Assembly (NCBI GenBank): GCA_963805995.1
Contig: CAWDWL010000041.1
Coordinates: 12,769-76,768, forward strand
Direction: 5' to 3'
DNA: 64,000 nt
Source of the DNA: an uncultured Pseudomonadota bacterium
GTDB taxonomy: Bacteria > Desulfobacterota > Binatia > Binatales > Binataceae
Below are positions 29,769-38,973 of this stretch, in pieces; position 1 is the stretch's first letter, and the number at the start of each line of letters is the position of its first letter. The notes beneath the pieces are model-generated. The model saw nothing but the letters and a program-made list of their open reading frames with translations. It was not told the DNA's origin and did not search any database. Both the position numbers and the translations under genes were made by a program.

Positions 29769-30590
29769 TTACTTAACCAGCGGCACGAATTCCGGCATGT
29801 CGTCGGGCTTGGATTTCCATTGCGGCTTGCGCTTTTCGAGGAAGGCTGTGATGCCCTCCCCCGCGTCGGGCTGAGTTCCGATCCACCAGAAGATTTGGTC
29901 TTCCACCGCCTGGGCTTTTTCAATTTCCGGCTCGGTCAGGAAGTGGTACATCAGCCGCTTGCTGATCGCGACCGATACCGGCGACGTATTGACCGCGATC
30001 TCGGCCGCCAGCTCGCGGGTTCGCGCCATGAACTCCGCGTCCGCCCATACGTGGCTGACCAGCCCGTATTCGAGCGCTTCGCGTGCGTTCAGGATACGGC
30101 CCGAGAGCAGCAGTTCGCTGGCGCGCGCCAGGCCGACCAGCCGCGGCAGGGTCCAGGCGGCGAGCCCTTCTGGAATGATTCCGCGGCGCACGTACACCAG
30201 GCCGACCCGCGCGCTTTCGGCCGCAACCCTGATGTCGTATTGCAGCGCCAGGGAAGCGCCGGCTCCCACCGCGGGCCCGTTGATCGCCGCGATAATCGGC
30301 TTGCGGATGTTCCACGGGCGCACTTTGGGTCCGTCGCCGGTGCTGAAGTTCTCGCGGCCTTCGCTATCGAAGGTCTTGCTGCCCGACGAAAGATCCGCGC
30401 CCGCACAGAACGCCCGGCCCGCGCCGGTCACGATGATCACCCGCACCTCGTCGTTGTTGTCCAGAGCGTAATATGCCGCGTCGAGTTCCTTCCCCATCTG
30501 GCCGGTAATCGCGTTGAGTTTCTCGGGCCGGTTAAGGGTCAAGGTCGCGATCGAATCTTTGATGTCGATCTGAATCTGCTCCGATGGCAT
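29769..30590 (-). CDS. Enoyl-CoA hydratase/isomerase (crotonase) family protein
   Basis: ATLTLNRPEKLNAI, VIIVTGAGRAFCAGADL and AAINGPAVGAGASLAL motifs. A gaggag RBS precedes the Met at 30590. Confidence 0.85.
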   Translation of the reverse strand: MPSEQIQIDIKDSIATLTLNRPEKLNAITGQMGKELDAAYYALDNNDEVRVIIVTGAGRAFCAGADLSSGSKTFDSEGRENFSTGDGPKVRPWNIRKPIIAAINGPAVGAGASLALQYDIRVAAESARVGLVYVRRGIIPEGLAAWTLPRLVGLARASELLLSGRILNAREALEYGLVSHVWADAEFMARTRELAAEIAVNTSPVSVAISKRLMYHFLTEPEIEKAQAVEDQIFWWIGTQPDAGEGITAFLEKRKPQWKSKPDDMPEFVPLVK

Positions 30591-30763
30591 CGCATTTTCT
30601 CCTCTGTCGCGGAAGCGACGCGCCAAAAAGGGCGCGAAGTCTGTGGCACGCGGGCGATCTGTAGCCAGATCGGATACGCTCGCCAGTCCAAGCCTGGCAC
30701 GGACGTTGGCGCCCGGCGCGCTTCGGGGAGCGGCGGATGACAGCTAGCCGCGCGGCTCCGATT

Positions 30764-31957
30764 CTAGAGCCGGTAGAGAGCGGCCGCGTTGTCGTGCGTC
30801 ATAATGCGCCGCTGCCCGGCGGGTACGTCGCACAGGATTTCATCGAGCACCTGATGCGAACAGGGCCAAGTCGAATCCAGATGCGGATAGTCGTTGGCCC
30901 ACATCAGGTTGCCTACACCAACCAGTTCGCGCGTCAGCACCCCGGCCCGGTCGTCCTCGAAGGTGGCGAAAAACTGGCGCCTCCAGTACTCGCTGGGCCG
31001 CAAGTCGAGGTAGTCAGCCGCCGCCTCCGGGCTGCGGCGCACCGCCTGATCGAGCCGATCCAGCCAGTGCGCAATCCATCCGATGTTGAACTCCGCGACC
31101 ACAAATTTGAGCTGGGGATGGCGATGGGCGACACCCTGGCAAATCAGCTCGACCAGGGTTTGCTGGATCGAAACCGCGGCCCCGGCGTAGGCGATGAGAA
31201 CGTCGAAGCCGGGGCTCGCACCCACCGGACGCCGGCGCGGGCCGTTGGTGCCGGCGTGCATGCTGAGCGGGAAGCCCGCTTCCTCGGCGGCCGCCCAGAC
31301 GCGCTCGTATGCGGCATCGCGATAGGGCCGCTGCACCGGCGCGGTACACGGAATACAGCCGCCGCGAAAGCCCATACGCAAAGTCCGCTCGACTTCTTTC
31401 GCCCCCGCCGCCGGGTCGTGCAACGGGATCAGCGCCAAACCGACGAGCCGCCCACCTGCCGATCGGCAATAGTCCGCCAGCCAGTCGTTGTAATTGCGGA
31501 AGCAGGCGGCCACGAGGTCGAAATTGTCGAGGCCGAAGATCGGAAAGAAGAAGCTCGGATACAGGACCTCGGCACGGATTCCGTCCTGGTCCTGATCGGT
31601 CGTGCGGGCCTCACCATGCACCAGGCCCTCGCGCAAACCCGCGAATCCCCGCCGCAGAATTTCCCGGATGTAAGGGTCGTCCATATCCTCGGGCAGCGGT
31701 TTGTGACCGGGGCGGCGCTCGATCTGCCGGCCAGGATCCAACCGGCGTCCCGCGATTCCGAGCTGCGCCGCCGGCACCGCCCTCCCGCCCCGTGCCGGAA
31801 TAACCATCGCATCGACTTCGCCATCGACACTCGCAATTCGCGGCGCTTCGTCGCCGAAGCGTTGCGTGAGACCCGCGAAAACCTCGGGCGCTTCCACCAC
31901 GTGAGAGTCCGCGGAGATAGGAAGCCCGGCGCTTGCCGGTTGCACAGATAGCGCCAT
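30764..31957 (-). CDS. Amidohydrolase-2 family protein (paralog of 4665..5799)
   Basis: ISADSHVVEAP..., ...MWANDYPHLDSTWP.... A gagga RBS precedes the Met at 31957. Confidence 0.8.
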   Translation of the reverse strand: MALSVQPASAGLPISADSHVVEAPEVFAGLTQRFGDEAPRIASVDGEVDAMVIPARGGRAVPAAQLGIAGRRLDPGRQIERRPGHKPLPEDMDDPYIREILRRGFAGLREGLVHGEARTTDQDQDGIRAEVLYPSFFFPIFGLDNFDLVAACFRNYNDWLADYCRSAGGRLVGLALIPLHDPAAGAKEVERTLRMGFRGGCIPCTAPVQRPYRDAAYERVWAAAEEAGFPLSMHAGTNGPRRRPVGASPGFDVLIAYAGAAVSIQQTLVELICQGVAHRHPQLKFVVAEFNIGWIAHWLDRLDQAVRRSPEAAADYLDLRPSEYWRRQFFATFEDDRAGVLTRELVGVGNLMWANDYPHLDSTWPCSHQVLDEILCDVPAGQRRIMTHDNAAALYRL

Positions 31958-32035
31958 ATCAATCCTCGAATCGATGCCGCCAGAGTTCGTGCTGCTGGTG
32001 GTCTTGGCACTCACCAAGGCGCCAATCGACGCGGT

Positions 32036-33046
32036 TTAGAACTCGAGCATTACTTTGCACTGGTCGTTGGGATGCGAGAGCGCGGCGAAGGCACGGGGCA
32101 AATCGTCGATTCCGACCGCATGCGTGATCATCGGCTCGGTCGAAATCCGCCCCGACGCCAGCAGCGCCATCGCGGTTTCAAACTCGCGTTTTTCCGCGCC
32201 GCTGCTGAAGCGCAAATCGACTTCGCGCCGCAACGCCCGCATCGGAGTGAACTTGTCCACCTCGCCGCAGGCGCCCAGCACGACCACGCGCCCGCCCTTG
32301 CGGACGAAGCGGATCGCCTCCTCGATGGTGCCGGGAACGCCGATACATTCAAACACCACGTCAGGTCCGTCACCGGTCATTTTGATGAGTTCCTGGACCG
32401 GACTGCGCTCCCGCGGGTTCACCACCGCATCAGCGCCCATCTTAAGCGCCATCGCGCGGCGTCCCTCGGCCATTTCCGACACCACTACCGCGCGGGCGCC
32501 CGCAAAGCGCGCCCACATCGTGGTCATCAGTCCGATCGGCCCCGCGCCCATCACCACGCAGGTTTCGCCGACCAGCAGCTGGGCGCGATGCAGACCGTGC
32601 AGGCCGACTACCGCCGGCTCGACCGTGGCGGCCGCGCGATGGCTCAACCCGGGCGGCATCTTCAGCAGTACCCCAGGCCGCGTCTTGACCTTCTCGGCGT
32701 AAGCGCCGGGAGCCTCAAATCCAATCCCAGTCTGTTTGGTGCATAGCAGCGCCTGGCCGGTGCGGCAGAAGTCGCATTCTCCGCAGTTGATCATCGGGAC
32801 GACCATCACGGATTCGCCGGGCTCCAAACCGCTGACGCCGGCGCCCAGTTCGTCGACCACGGCGGAAAACTCGTGCCCCATGATGGTGCCGGCAGGCAGC
32901 ACGCCCCACTGAGCCGCATGCAGGTCGGAACCGCAGATACCACAATTCTTGACCCGGACCACGACCTCACCCGGTCCAGCCTTCGGGTCGGGTACGTCGA
33001 CAACCTCCAGCGGCGCGCCCGGCGCCTTGAACACGCATGCCTTCAT
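32036..33046 (-). CDS. Zinc-dependent alcohol/threonine-type dehydrogenase (MDR superfamily)
   Basis: MKACVFKAPG...CGICGSDLH, GHEFSAVV, CGECDFC structural zinc site, and GAGPIGL. An aggaga RBS is present. Confidence 0.85.
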   Translation of the reverse strand: MKACVFKAPGAPLEVVDVPDPKAGPGEVVVRVKNCGICGSDLHAAQWGVLPAGTIMGHEFSAVVDELGAGVSGLEPGESVMVVPMINCGECDFCRTGQALLCTKQTGIGFEAPGAYAEKVKTRPGVLLKMPPGLSHRAAATVEPAVVGLHGLHRAQLLVGETCVVMGAGPIGLMTTMWARFAGARAVVVSEMAEGRRAMALKMGADAVVNPRERSPVQELIKMTGDGPDVVFECIGVPGTIEEAIRFVRKGGRVVVLGACGEVDKFTPMRALRREVDLRFSSGAEKREFETAMALLASGRISTEPMITHAVGIDDLPRAFAALSHPNDQCKVMLEF

Positions 33047-33114
33047 CCCGGTTCTCCTGTGGGATCCTGTTCGGCCCCGGCCGAGCAGGAAACTGTTTGT
33101 TGTTCGCGCGGCTC

Positions 33115-33999
33115 CTATGCAGTGTGTGCGCGGATGAACTTGCCGATGCCTTCGATCGCTTCCTGGCCTTCGGGGAGGAAGCTTGCGAACAGTTGCCAGA
33201 CGTGGATCATCTCGGGCCAAACTTCAAGCGTTACTTTAACTTGACTCGTTCGGGCACGCGCCGCGACGCGATTGGAATCGTCGAGCAGCACCTCGGCGTC
33301 GCCGACCTGGATCAGCAATGGCGGCAGTCCCTTGAGGTCCGCATGCAGCGGCGCCGCCAGCGGCGTTTTCGGATCCTTACCGCCCAGATATGATTGCGCC
33401 ATCATGAAGAGCGCGTCGCGGCTGGCGATCGGGTCCTTGTCCGCGCGCGTGGTCATCGACTCGCCCTTGGCTTCCATATCGACCCATGGCGACAGGCACA
33501 CACCGGCGGCGGGCAGCGGCAGCTTGGCGTCCCGAATCGCGACCAGGGTGGCCAGTGTCAATCCACCGCCGGCCGAGTCACCCGCGATCGCGATGTGAGC
33601 AGGTTCAAAGCCGTGGTCGAGCAGGTAGCGGTAACCGGCCAGAGCGTCATCCACCGCCGCCGGGAATGGATTTTCCGGGGCCAGGCGGTAATTCAGCCCC
33701 AGCACGCGGACCTGCGCGGCGCGCGAAATCCGGCCTAAAAGGTCGCGATGGGTGTTGACCGAGCCCAGCACGTAGCCGCCCCCATGAAGGTACAGCACGG
33801 CGCGGCCCGACGCGGCGCCCGGCGCGGTGACCCATTCAGCGTCGACCCCGTTGGCGCTGAGCCGTTCGCTCTTGATATCGGGTTGGGCAGGGGCCGCCAT
33901 CTGCTCGAACGCGGCGCGCATTTCGGGTAGCGTCGCCCCGACCTTGTTTCCGAACGCCTTCATGGCGTCGATCGCCATCTGCAATTGCGGACTCGCCAT
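33115..33999 (-). CDS. Alpha/beta hydrolase, HSL-type esterase (paralog of 17998..18930)
   Basis: HGGGYVLGS and GDSAGGGL motifs. Confidence 0.85.
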   Translation of the reverse strand: MASPQLQMAIDAMKAFGNKVGATLPEMRAAFEQMAAPAQPDIKSERLSANGVDAEWVTAPGAASGRAVLYLHGGGYVLGSVNTHRDLLGRISRAAQVRVLGLNYRLAPENPFPAAVDDALAGYRYLLDHGFEPAHIAIAGDSAGGGLTLATLVAIRDAKLPLPAAGVCLSPWVDMEAKGESMTTRADKDPIASRDALFMMAQSYLGGKDPKTPLAAPLHADLKGLPPLLIQVGDAEVLLDDSNRVAARARTSQVKVTLEVWPEMIHVWQLFASFLPEGQEAIEGIGKFIRAHTA

Positions 34000-34158
34000 C
34001 GCCAGGTTCCTCCTCGTCGGTGGGATGCGGCAGCAGCGCGCAAGTCGCAGCGGCGACCGCGCTGTCGCGCGTGGCGCAGCCTAGCCCATTTCGCCCGCCG
34101 CCGCCAAGGCCGCGGCGCCCAGCTGTGTGGATTTCGATATTAAGATAGCGTTGCGGAA

Positions 34159-34377
34159 TTAAGGTTGCCGCGCGTCGTACTCGATCTGGCATTCACGGCG
34201 ATAGCACAGCCCGCCGCCGAGCCAACGGCGCAGCCGCGGCAGCGGCCGTCCGCAGATCAGGCAATGTACTTCGATTCCGATCAGGCCGGTCTGAAGGCCG
34301 CGCGCCTGGCGCCGATCGGAAAGGCTTTCGACGCGCGCCAACCGCGGATGCTTGTGGGAATTGAGTTCAATTGCCAA
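34159..34377 (-). CDS. Hypothetical zinc-ribbon-like small protein (doubtful)
   Basis: 72 codons with only a TTG start available. Contains CLICG...CYRREC. No family recognised. Confidence 0.2.
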   Translation of the reverse strand: MAIELNSHKHPRLARVESLSDRRQARGLQTGLIGIEVHCLICGRPLPRLRRWLGGGLCYRRECQIEYDARQP

Positions 34378-34529
34378 TGGCGTGTACCACCTGCGAATCG
34401 CAGCGGCTGGTGCGAAAAGCTGTTGCCGCTGTCTACAACTAGTTTGACCCTACTGAAAGTTAGTAGTTATTGCAACGATTTATGGGGGCCCGGCGGCCAC
34501 CAAAATCCGCGCGATTTCCCGCCTGACGC

Positions 34530-35156
34530 TCAGCGTTGGCGGCGGCGGGCGCCGCCGGTGCCGCGCAATTGCAGCGGGGTGGGCGGAGGCCGGCGTCCCA
34601 GCGCAAGCAACTCGCGCTGGACCGCGCGATTGCCGGGCTCCAGGTCCAGCGCGCGCTCCAGGTAGCCGACCGCCGTCGGCACCCGTTCCATGGCGACGCA
34701 CGCGCGCGCCAACGAGCGCAGCAGGCCGACGCTGTCGCCCAGGATCTCGCGCGCGCGGCGCAGCGCGCCAAGCGCCTCAGCGGGTTTCTTGAGTTCGAGC
34801 AGCGCCAGGCCCATATCGTACAGCGTCTGCCCGGCCAGCGGATCGAGTTCAAGCGCCTGCTTAAACATTGAAATCGAATTGCGTGGGGCGCCCTTGCGGT
34901 TGAGGTCGGCGGCGGCGGCGGCCAGCCGGATCGATTCCTCGGTAAATATAGACGCTTCGACTTCGACCGTGGCGCGGTCGCGGCCTAATTCAATTTTAAG
35001 GATGCGGGCTTTGCCGCCCAGGTATTGGCGGACCCGGCGCGCCACCTCGCCCTGGCTATCGTCGAGATCCAGGAAGATGGCGCCAATCGGATCGCCGATA
35101 TGATCGTCGCGGAAGATGACCAAAATCTGTTTGCTGACCGCCATGCCAACCGTCAA
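34530..35156 (-). CDS. TPR-repeat protein
   Basis: The C-terminal half has TPR-like helices (FKQALELDPLAGQTLYDMGLALLELKKPAEALGALRRA..., YLERALDLEPGN). The start overlaps the dgt stop (ATGA). Confidence 0.65.
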   Translation of the reverse strand: MTVGMAVSKQILVIFRDDHIGDPIGAIFLDLDDSQGEVARRVRQYLGGKARILKIELGRDRATVEVEASIFTEESIRLAAAAADLNRKGAPRNSISMFKQALELDPLAGQTLYDMGLALLELKKPAEALGALRRAREILGDSVGLLRSLARACVAMERVPTAVGYLERALDLEPGNRAVQRELLALGRRPPPTPLQLRGTGGARRRQR

Positions 35157-36322
35157 ACGCGCTCGTTGGGGTCGAACAGCTTGCGATACTCATCGAGGGC
35201 GAAGCGGTCGGTCATGCCGGCGATATAGTCGGCGATCACGCGCGGCGTCGAGTCGCCCCCGGTCTCCATCCCCTGCGCGATATGCGGCGGTAGCTGCGCG
35301 GGCTCCGCCATGTAGGCTTCGAAGAGTTGGGTCAGCATGCGGCCGGCCTTTTGGGTCATCCGCAGCACCCGATGATGACGGTACAGCTTGCGGCTCATCA
35401 AGTCCTTCAACTCCGCCACCTGCAGCGCCATCGGCGGACTGAACGCGGCCAGCGCGCGGCCGGCCTTTCTCACGTCTTCGACGCTTAGGATTTTGGCCAT
35501 GCTCAGCTCGCGGTCGATGTTGGTCAGCAGGTCGGTCACCATGGTGTCGATCATCCGGATCACGAGCTGGTAGCGCGCTCCCCTGCCCCGCTCGATATCG
35601 GGGAACGCTTCACGCACTACCAGGGCCGCGGTGCGAACCAGTTCGGAGGCCTCCAGATCGGCGCGCGTCAGCATCCCGGACTTAAGCCCGTCGTCAACAT
35701 CGTGCCCCAGATAGGCGATTTCATCGGCCAGGTCGACGATCTGCGCCTCCAGGCAGGGATAGACCGAAGGATCGAAGGCGCGCGCGGCGGGCCGATCCTT
35801 GAAATGGGAATGTTTGATGATCCCTTCGCGCACCTCAAAGGTCAGATTCAATCCCCGGAAGGCCGGATAGCGCTCTTCGATCCAGTCAACGATGCGCAGG
35901 CTTTGCGCGTTGTGATCGAAGCCGCCATAGGGTGCCATCAGGGCGTTGAGCACCTTTTCTCCGGCGTGGCCAAACGGCGTATGGCCCAGGTCGTGGGACA
36001 GCACCACGGCCTCGGCCAGTTCCTCGTTGAGTCCCAAAGCCCGCGCGACCGTGCGGGTAATCTGGGCGGCCTCGATCGTGTGCGTGAGCCGGGTGCGGTA
36101 ATAGTCGCCCTCGTGGTTCACGAAGACCTGGGTCTTGTACTCCAGCCGGCGGAAGGCCGCGGAGTGAATGATACGGTCGCGATCGCGCGCAAACGCGGTG
36201 CGATACGGAGGTTCGGGCTGCGGGTAGCGGCGGCCCTGACTGGCGGCCGCGCGCATCGCATAGGGCGCGAGCGTCCGATCTTCGGATTGTTCCAGTTCGC
36301 GGCGGGTACGCAGCATCGTCAA
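35153..36322 (-). CDS. dgt: dGTPase-like HD-domain deoxynucleoside triphosphate triphosphohydrolase
   Basis: FARDRDRIIHSAAFRRLEYKTQV, RLTHTIEAAQI and SHDLGHTPFGHAGE motifs. Confidence 0.85.
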   Translation of the reverse strand: MTMLRTRRELEQSEDRTLAPYAMRAAASQGRRYPQPEPPYRTAFARDRDRIIHSAAFRRLEYKTQVFVNHEGDYYRTRLTHTIEAAQITRTVARALGLNEELAEAVVLSHDLGHTPFGHAGEKVLNALMAPYGGFDHNAQSLRIVDWIEERYPAFRGLNLTFEVREGIIKHSHFKDRPAARAFDPSVYPCLEAQIVDLADEIAYLGHDVDDGLKSGMLTRADLEASELVRTAALVVREAFPDIERGRGARYQLVIRMIDTMVTDLLTNIDRELSMAKILSVEDVRKAGRALAAFSPPMALQVAELKDLMSRKLYRHHRVLRMTQKAGRMLTQLFEAYMAEPAQLPPHIAQGMETGGDSTPRVIADYIAGMTDRFALDEYRKLFDPNERV

Positions 36323-36466
36323 ACAGCCGGGGATTATCTCTTGGCGCTTTAAGGTTACGGCTCAACTGAAATCCTAGCATCGCGGCAGCGCGGTCAAGAA
36401 GGTGCGGGGATTAATTCTTCAACAGGCTTTGCCCGCGGGGCCGCCCACGCCATATAATCTGCGGCG

Positions 36467-37141
36467 GTGGTTGTTGTGGGCGGGGATGGTTACCGCCGGC
36501 GGAGCCGGTTGTGCGCCGTGGGTCTCGCCATGGCGCTGTCTGGATGCGCGCTGTTGCATGCGCGCACGCCAGTGCCGCGATTCGTCGCGCCGCCCCCGCC
36601 GTCACGTTCGTCGATCACCGGCGTCGCTTCATGGTACGGACCAGGTTTCAACGGCAAGCGGACCTCCACTGGAGAGATCTACGATCAGGAGGATCTGACC
36701 GCGGCCTGCACGACGCTGCCGCTGGGAACCCTGGCCTTGGTGACTAATCTGCAAAACGGCCGCAGCGTGCAAGTCCGCATTAACGACCGCGGCCCTTTCG
36801 TCAAGGGACGCCAGATCGACCTTTCCCATCACGCTGCCGCCGCGCTTGGAATCCTGGGTCCGGGGACCGCCAGGGTGCGGATCGATGTCGTGCATCTGGG
36901 CCCGCTCCAGGAGCCGGGTTACTTCGTGCAAGTCGGCTCGTTTTCGGATTCCACCAATGCCCAGCGTTTTGGCAACCGCCTGAGCCAATATTTTCCCGAC
37001 GTCAGGATCGATCGCCTCAGCGTTGGCGGCCGTCCCTACTACCGGGTGCGGATGGGCGCTTTTCCTGATCACGCCACCGCCCTGGCACGCGCCGGCCAGA
37101 CCGCGCGGCTCGGACTGCGATCGATAGTCGAGCAGCAATGA
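36467..37141 (+). CDS. rlpA: Septal ring lytic transglycosylase RlpA-family lipoprotein with a SPOR domain
   Basis: Lipobox LSGC. DPBB domain (GVASWYGPGFNGKRTSTGEIYD...VRINDRGPFVKGRQIDLS). C-terminal SPOR-like segment (YFVQVGSFSDSTNAQRF...YYRVRMGAF). The exact start is uncertain. Confidence 0.85.
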   Translation: MVVVGGDGYRRRSRLCAVGLAMALSGCALLHARTPVPRFVAPPPPSRSSITGVASWYGPGFNGKRTSTGEIYDQEDLTAACTTLPLGTLALVTNLQNGRSVQVRINDRGPFVKGRQIDLSHHAAAALGILGPGTARVRIDVVHLGPLQEPGYFVQVGSFSDSTNAQRFGNRLSQYFPDVRIDRLSVGGRPYYRVRMGAFPDHATALARAGQTARLGLRSIVEQQ

Positions 37142-38532
37142 CGGGCGAATCCAAGCGAGGCCTGATCAAACGTGTAGTTTTCGGGGTAGCCGCGTTGATC
37201 GCGGCCGGATGCGCCTATCAGTTGGTGCGCTCCGGCGCGATCGATGGCGCCCGGGTGACCAAGGTTGAAGCCGGAGTGGAGCAAATCCGGCAACTGCGGT
37301 TCAAAAAATCTGTGCCGGTGGTGGTGGAAAGCCGTGACGAGGCCGAGCGCGATATCGAAGCGCAACTGGCGCACGAGGTCAGCGACCGGGAGTTCCAAAT
37401 CGACGGCGAGATCGGCAGCCTGATCGGCCTGTACCCCGAAGGTATCCAGCTTAAGCGGACCACGCTCAGTCTGCTCAAGGACCAGGTCGCCGGCTTTTAC
37501 GATCCCGATACCAAGCGGATGATCCTGGTCAGCGGCGCGATCGACACCGGGGTGTGGGACGATGCCGCCGAGTTCCTGATGCAGCGCGATCTGATGGGCG
37601 AGATGGTGTTGGCCCACGAATTGACCCACGCGCTGCAAGACCAGCATTTTGATCTTTCCGGCCAGCTGGACGCGCTCAAGGACAATGATGACCGCGCGCT
37701 CGCGCTCAAGAGCGTGGCCGAAGGCGACGCCACCATCAGCGGTTTCGGCTACGTAGTGGGCGGGATGGATCAGGTCAAGCTCGACGAGATCGTCTCGCGG
37801 CTGTCCGACCTGCCGGAGCTTTTCGCCAAGGAGGCAAAAAATGCTCCTGAAGGGCTGCGCGCTCCGCTGATCTTTCAATACAGCGCCGGCGTGAAATTCG
37901 TCGCCGAAGCCTACCGGCGCGGCGGCTTCGCCGCGGTCGACGCGCTCTATCGCCAGCCGCCCCAATCCAGCCAACAGATTATTCATCCGGAGCTTTACTT
38001 CGAACAGCCCACCCCGCCGGTCGAAATCACGGTGGCCGGTTACCAGCCGCTGCTCACCGGCTGGACCAAAGATGATGAAAACTGCGAAGGCGAATTGATC
38101 CTGAGCGTGATCCTGCGGCAGGCGTTTGGAAATAACGCTCCGCAGGTCGCCGTGGCCCAGGCCTGGGCCGGTGATCGGATCGTAAGTCTGCGCAAGGGGA
38201 CCGACTTAAGCGTGCTCTGGATGCTGGCGTTTAGCAGCGAGCGCGCCGCGGGCCGTTTCGCCGCGGCTTATGCCGAGGCCCTGGACCGCCGCTTGCAAAT
38301 TCGCGTGCCCCATCGCGTGGATTATGAGTCGACCATGGTGCTGGTGGTAATCGGCGGGGCGGCGCGATCGTTTGCTCAACTCGAGCCGCAGGTCTTTGCG
38401 CAATCGACAGTGAAAAGACTCCCAGCTCCGCGCCCGGCCCCGCCGGCCGCAATTCAGGCCCGGTTGCCGGCGCCGTCGGACTCGGCCAGCAAAGCCCTGG
38501 CCTTGATGATCAGATCGCGCTCGTTGCGATGA
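37138..38532 (+). CDS. Putative HExxH zinc metalloprotease (lipoprotein or membrane-anchored)
   Basis: The ATG overlaps the rlpA stop (ATGA). The N-terminus VVFGVAALIAAGC is lipobox-like. Contains LAHELTHALQDQHF and a downstream AEGDAT (gluzincin-like). 464 aa. Confidence 0.6.
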   Translation: MTGESKRGLIKRVVFGVAALIAAGCAYQLVRSGAIDGARVTKVEAGVEQIRQLRFKKSVPVVVESRDEAERDIEAQLAHEVSDREFQIDGEIGSLIGLYPEGIQLKRTTLSLLKDQVAGFYDPDTKRMILVSGAIDTGVWDDAAEFLMQRDLMGEMVLAHELTHALQDQHFDLSGQLDALKDNDDRALALKSVAEGDATISGFGYVVGGMDQVKLDEIVSRLSDLPELFAKEAKNAPEGLRAPLIFQYSAGVKFVAEAYRRGGFAAVDALYRQPPQSSQQIIHPELYFEQPTPPVEITVAGYQPLLTGWTKDDENCEGELILSVILRQAFGNNAPQVAVAQAWAGDRIVSLRKGTDLSVLWMLAFSSERAAGRFAAAYAEALDRRLQIRVPHRVDYESTMVLVVIGGAARSFAQLEPQVFAQSTVKRLPAPRPAPPAAIQARLPAPSDSASKALALMIRSRSLR

Positions 38533-38954
38533 CTGGCCTTGCGCACGGCGTCGTCGATCCCAAACCATTTCACGTCCTGAATTTCGTCGTCGTGCTGACT
38601 GGCGTCGCCCCCCTGATGCTTCATCAGAAAAAAGCTGACGCGCTTGAAGATTCGATATAGCGGCCCGTTGGGCGATTCACGCCGGGCATAGAAATACGCG
38701 ACCTGCCCCAACGGCTGATCGATACTGACCATAAAGCCGGTCTCTTCGCGGCATTCGCGCATCGCCGCCTGTTCCACGGTCTCTTTGGACTCGAGTCCGC
38801 CCTTGGGCAAAACCCAGGTGTTGCGCCCGGTGGGCTTGACCAGCACTACCTCGGGCCGGCCGCCGGGATTCTGCCAGCGCCAAATCAGACCACCGGCGGA
38901 GAACTCGCGCAGCGTGCGAAAGGCGGATTTGCGGGGTTTTTTCCTGGTTGCCAT
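38454..38954 (-). CDS. NUDIX hydrolase
   Basis: Nudix box GGLESKETVEQAAMRECREETG. Confidence 0.8.
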   Translation of the reverse strand: MATRKKPRKSAFRTLREFSAGGLIWRWQNPGGRPEVVLVKPTGRNTWVLPKGGLESKETVEQAAMRECREETGFMVSIDQPLGQVAYFYARRESPNGPLYRIFKRVSFFLMKHQGGDASQHDDEIQDVKWFGIDDAVRKASHRNERDLIIKARALLAESDGAGNRA

Positions 38955-38973
38955 GGTTCAGCCGACCACGCCG

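Noticed and set aside
30737-31951. 404-aa plus-strand ORF
   Set aside because: It lies antisense to the amidohydrolase-2 gene (30764..31957), which has family motifs and an RBS.
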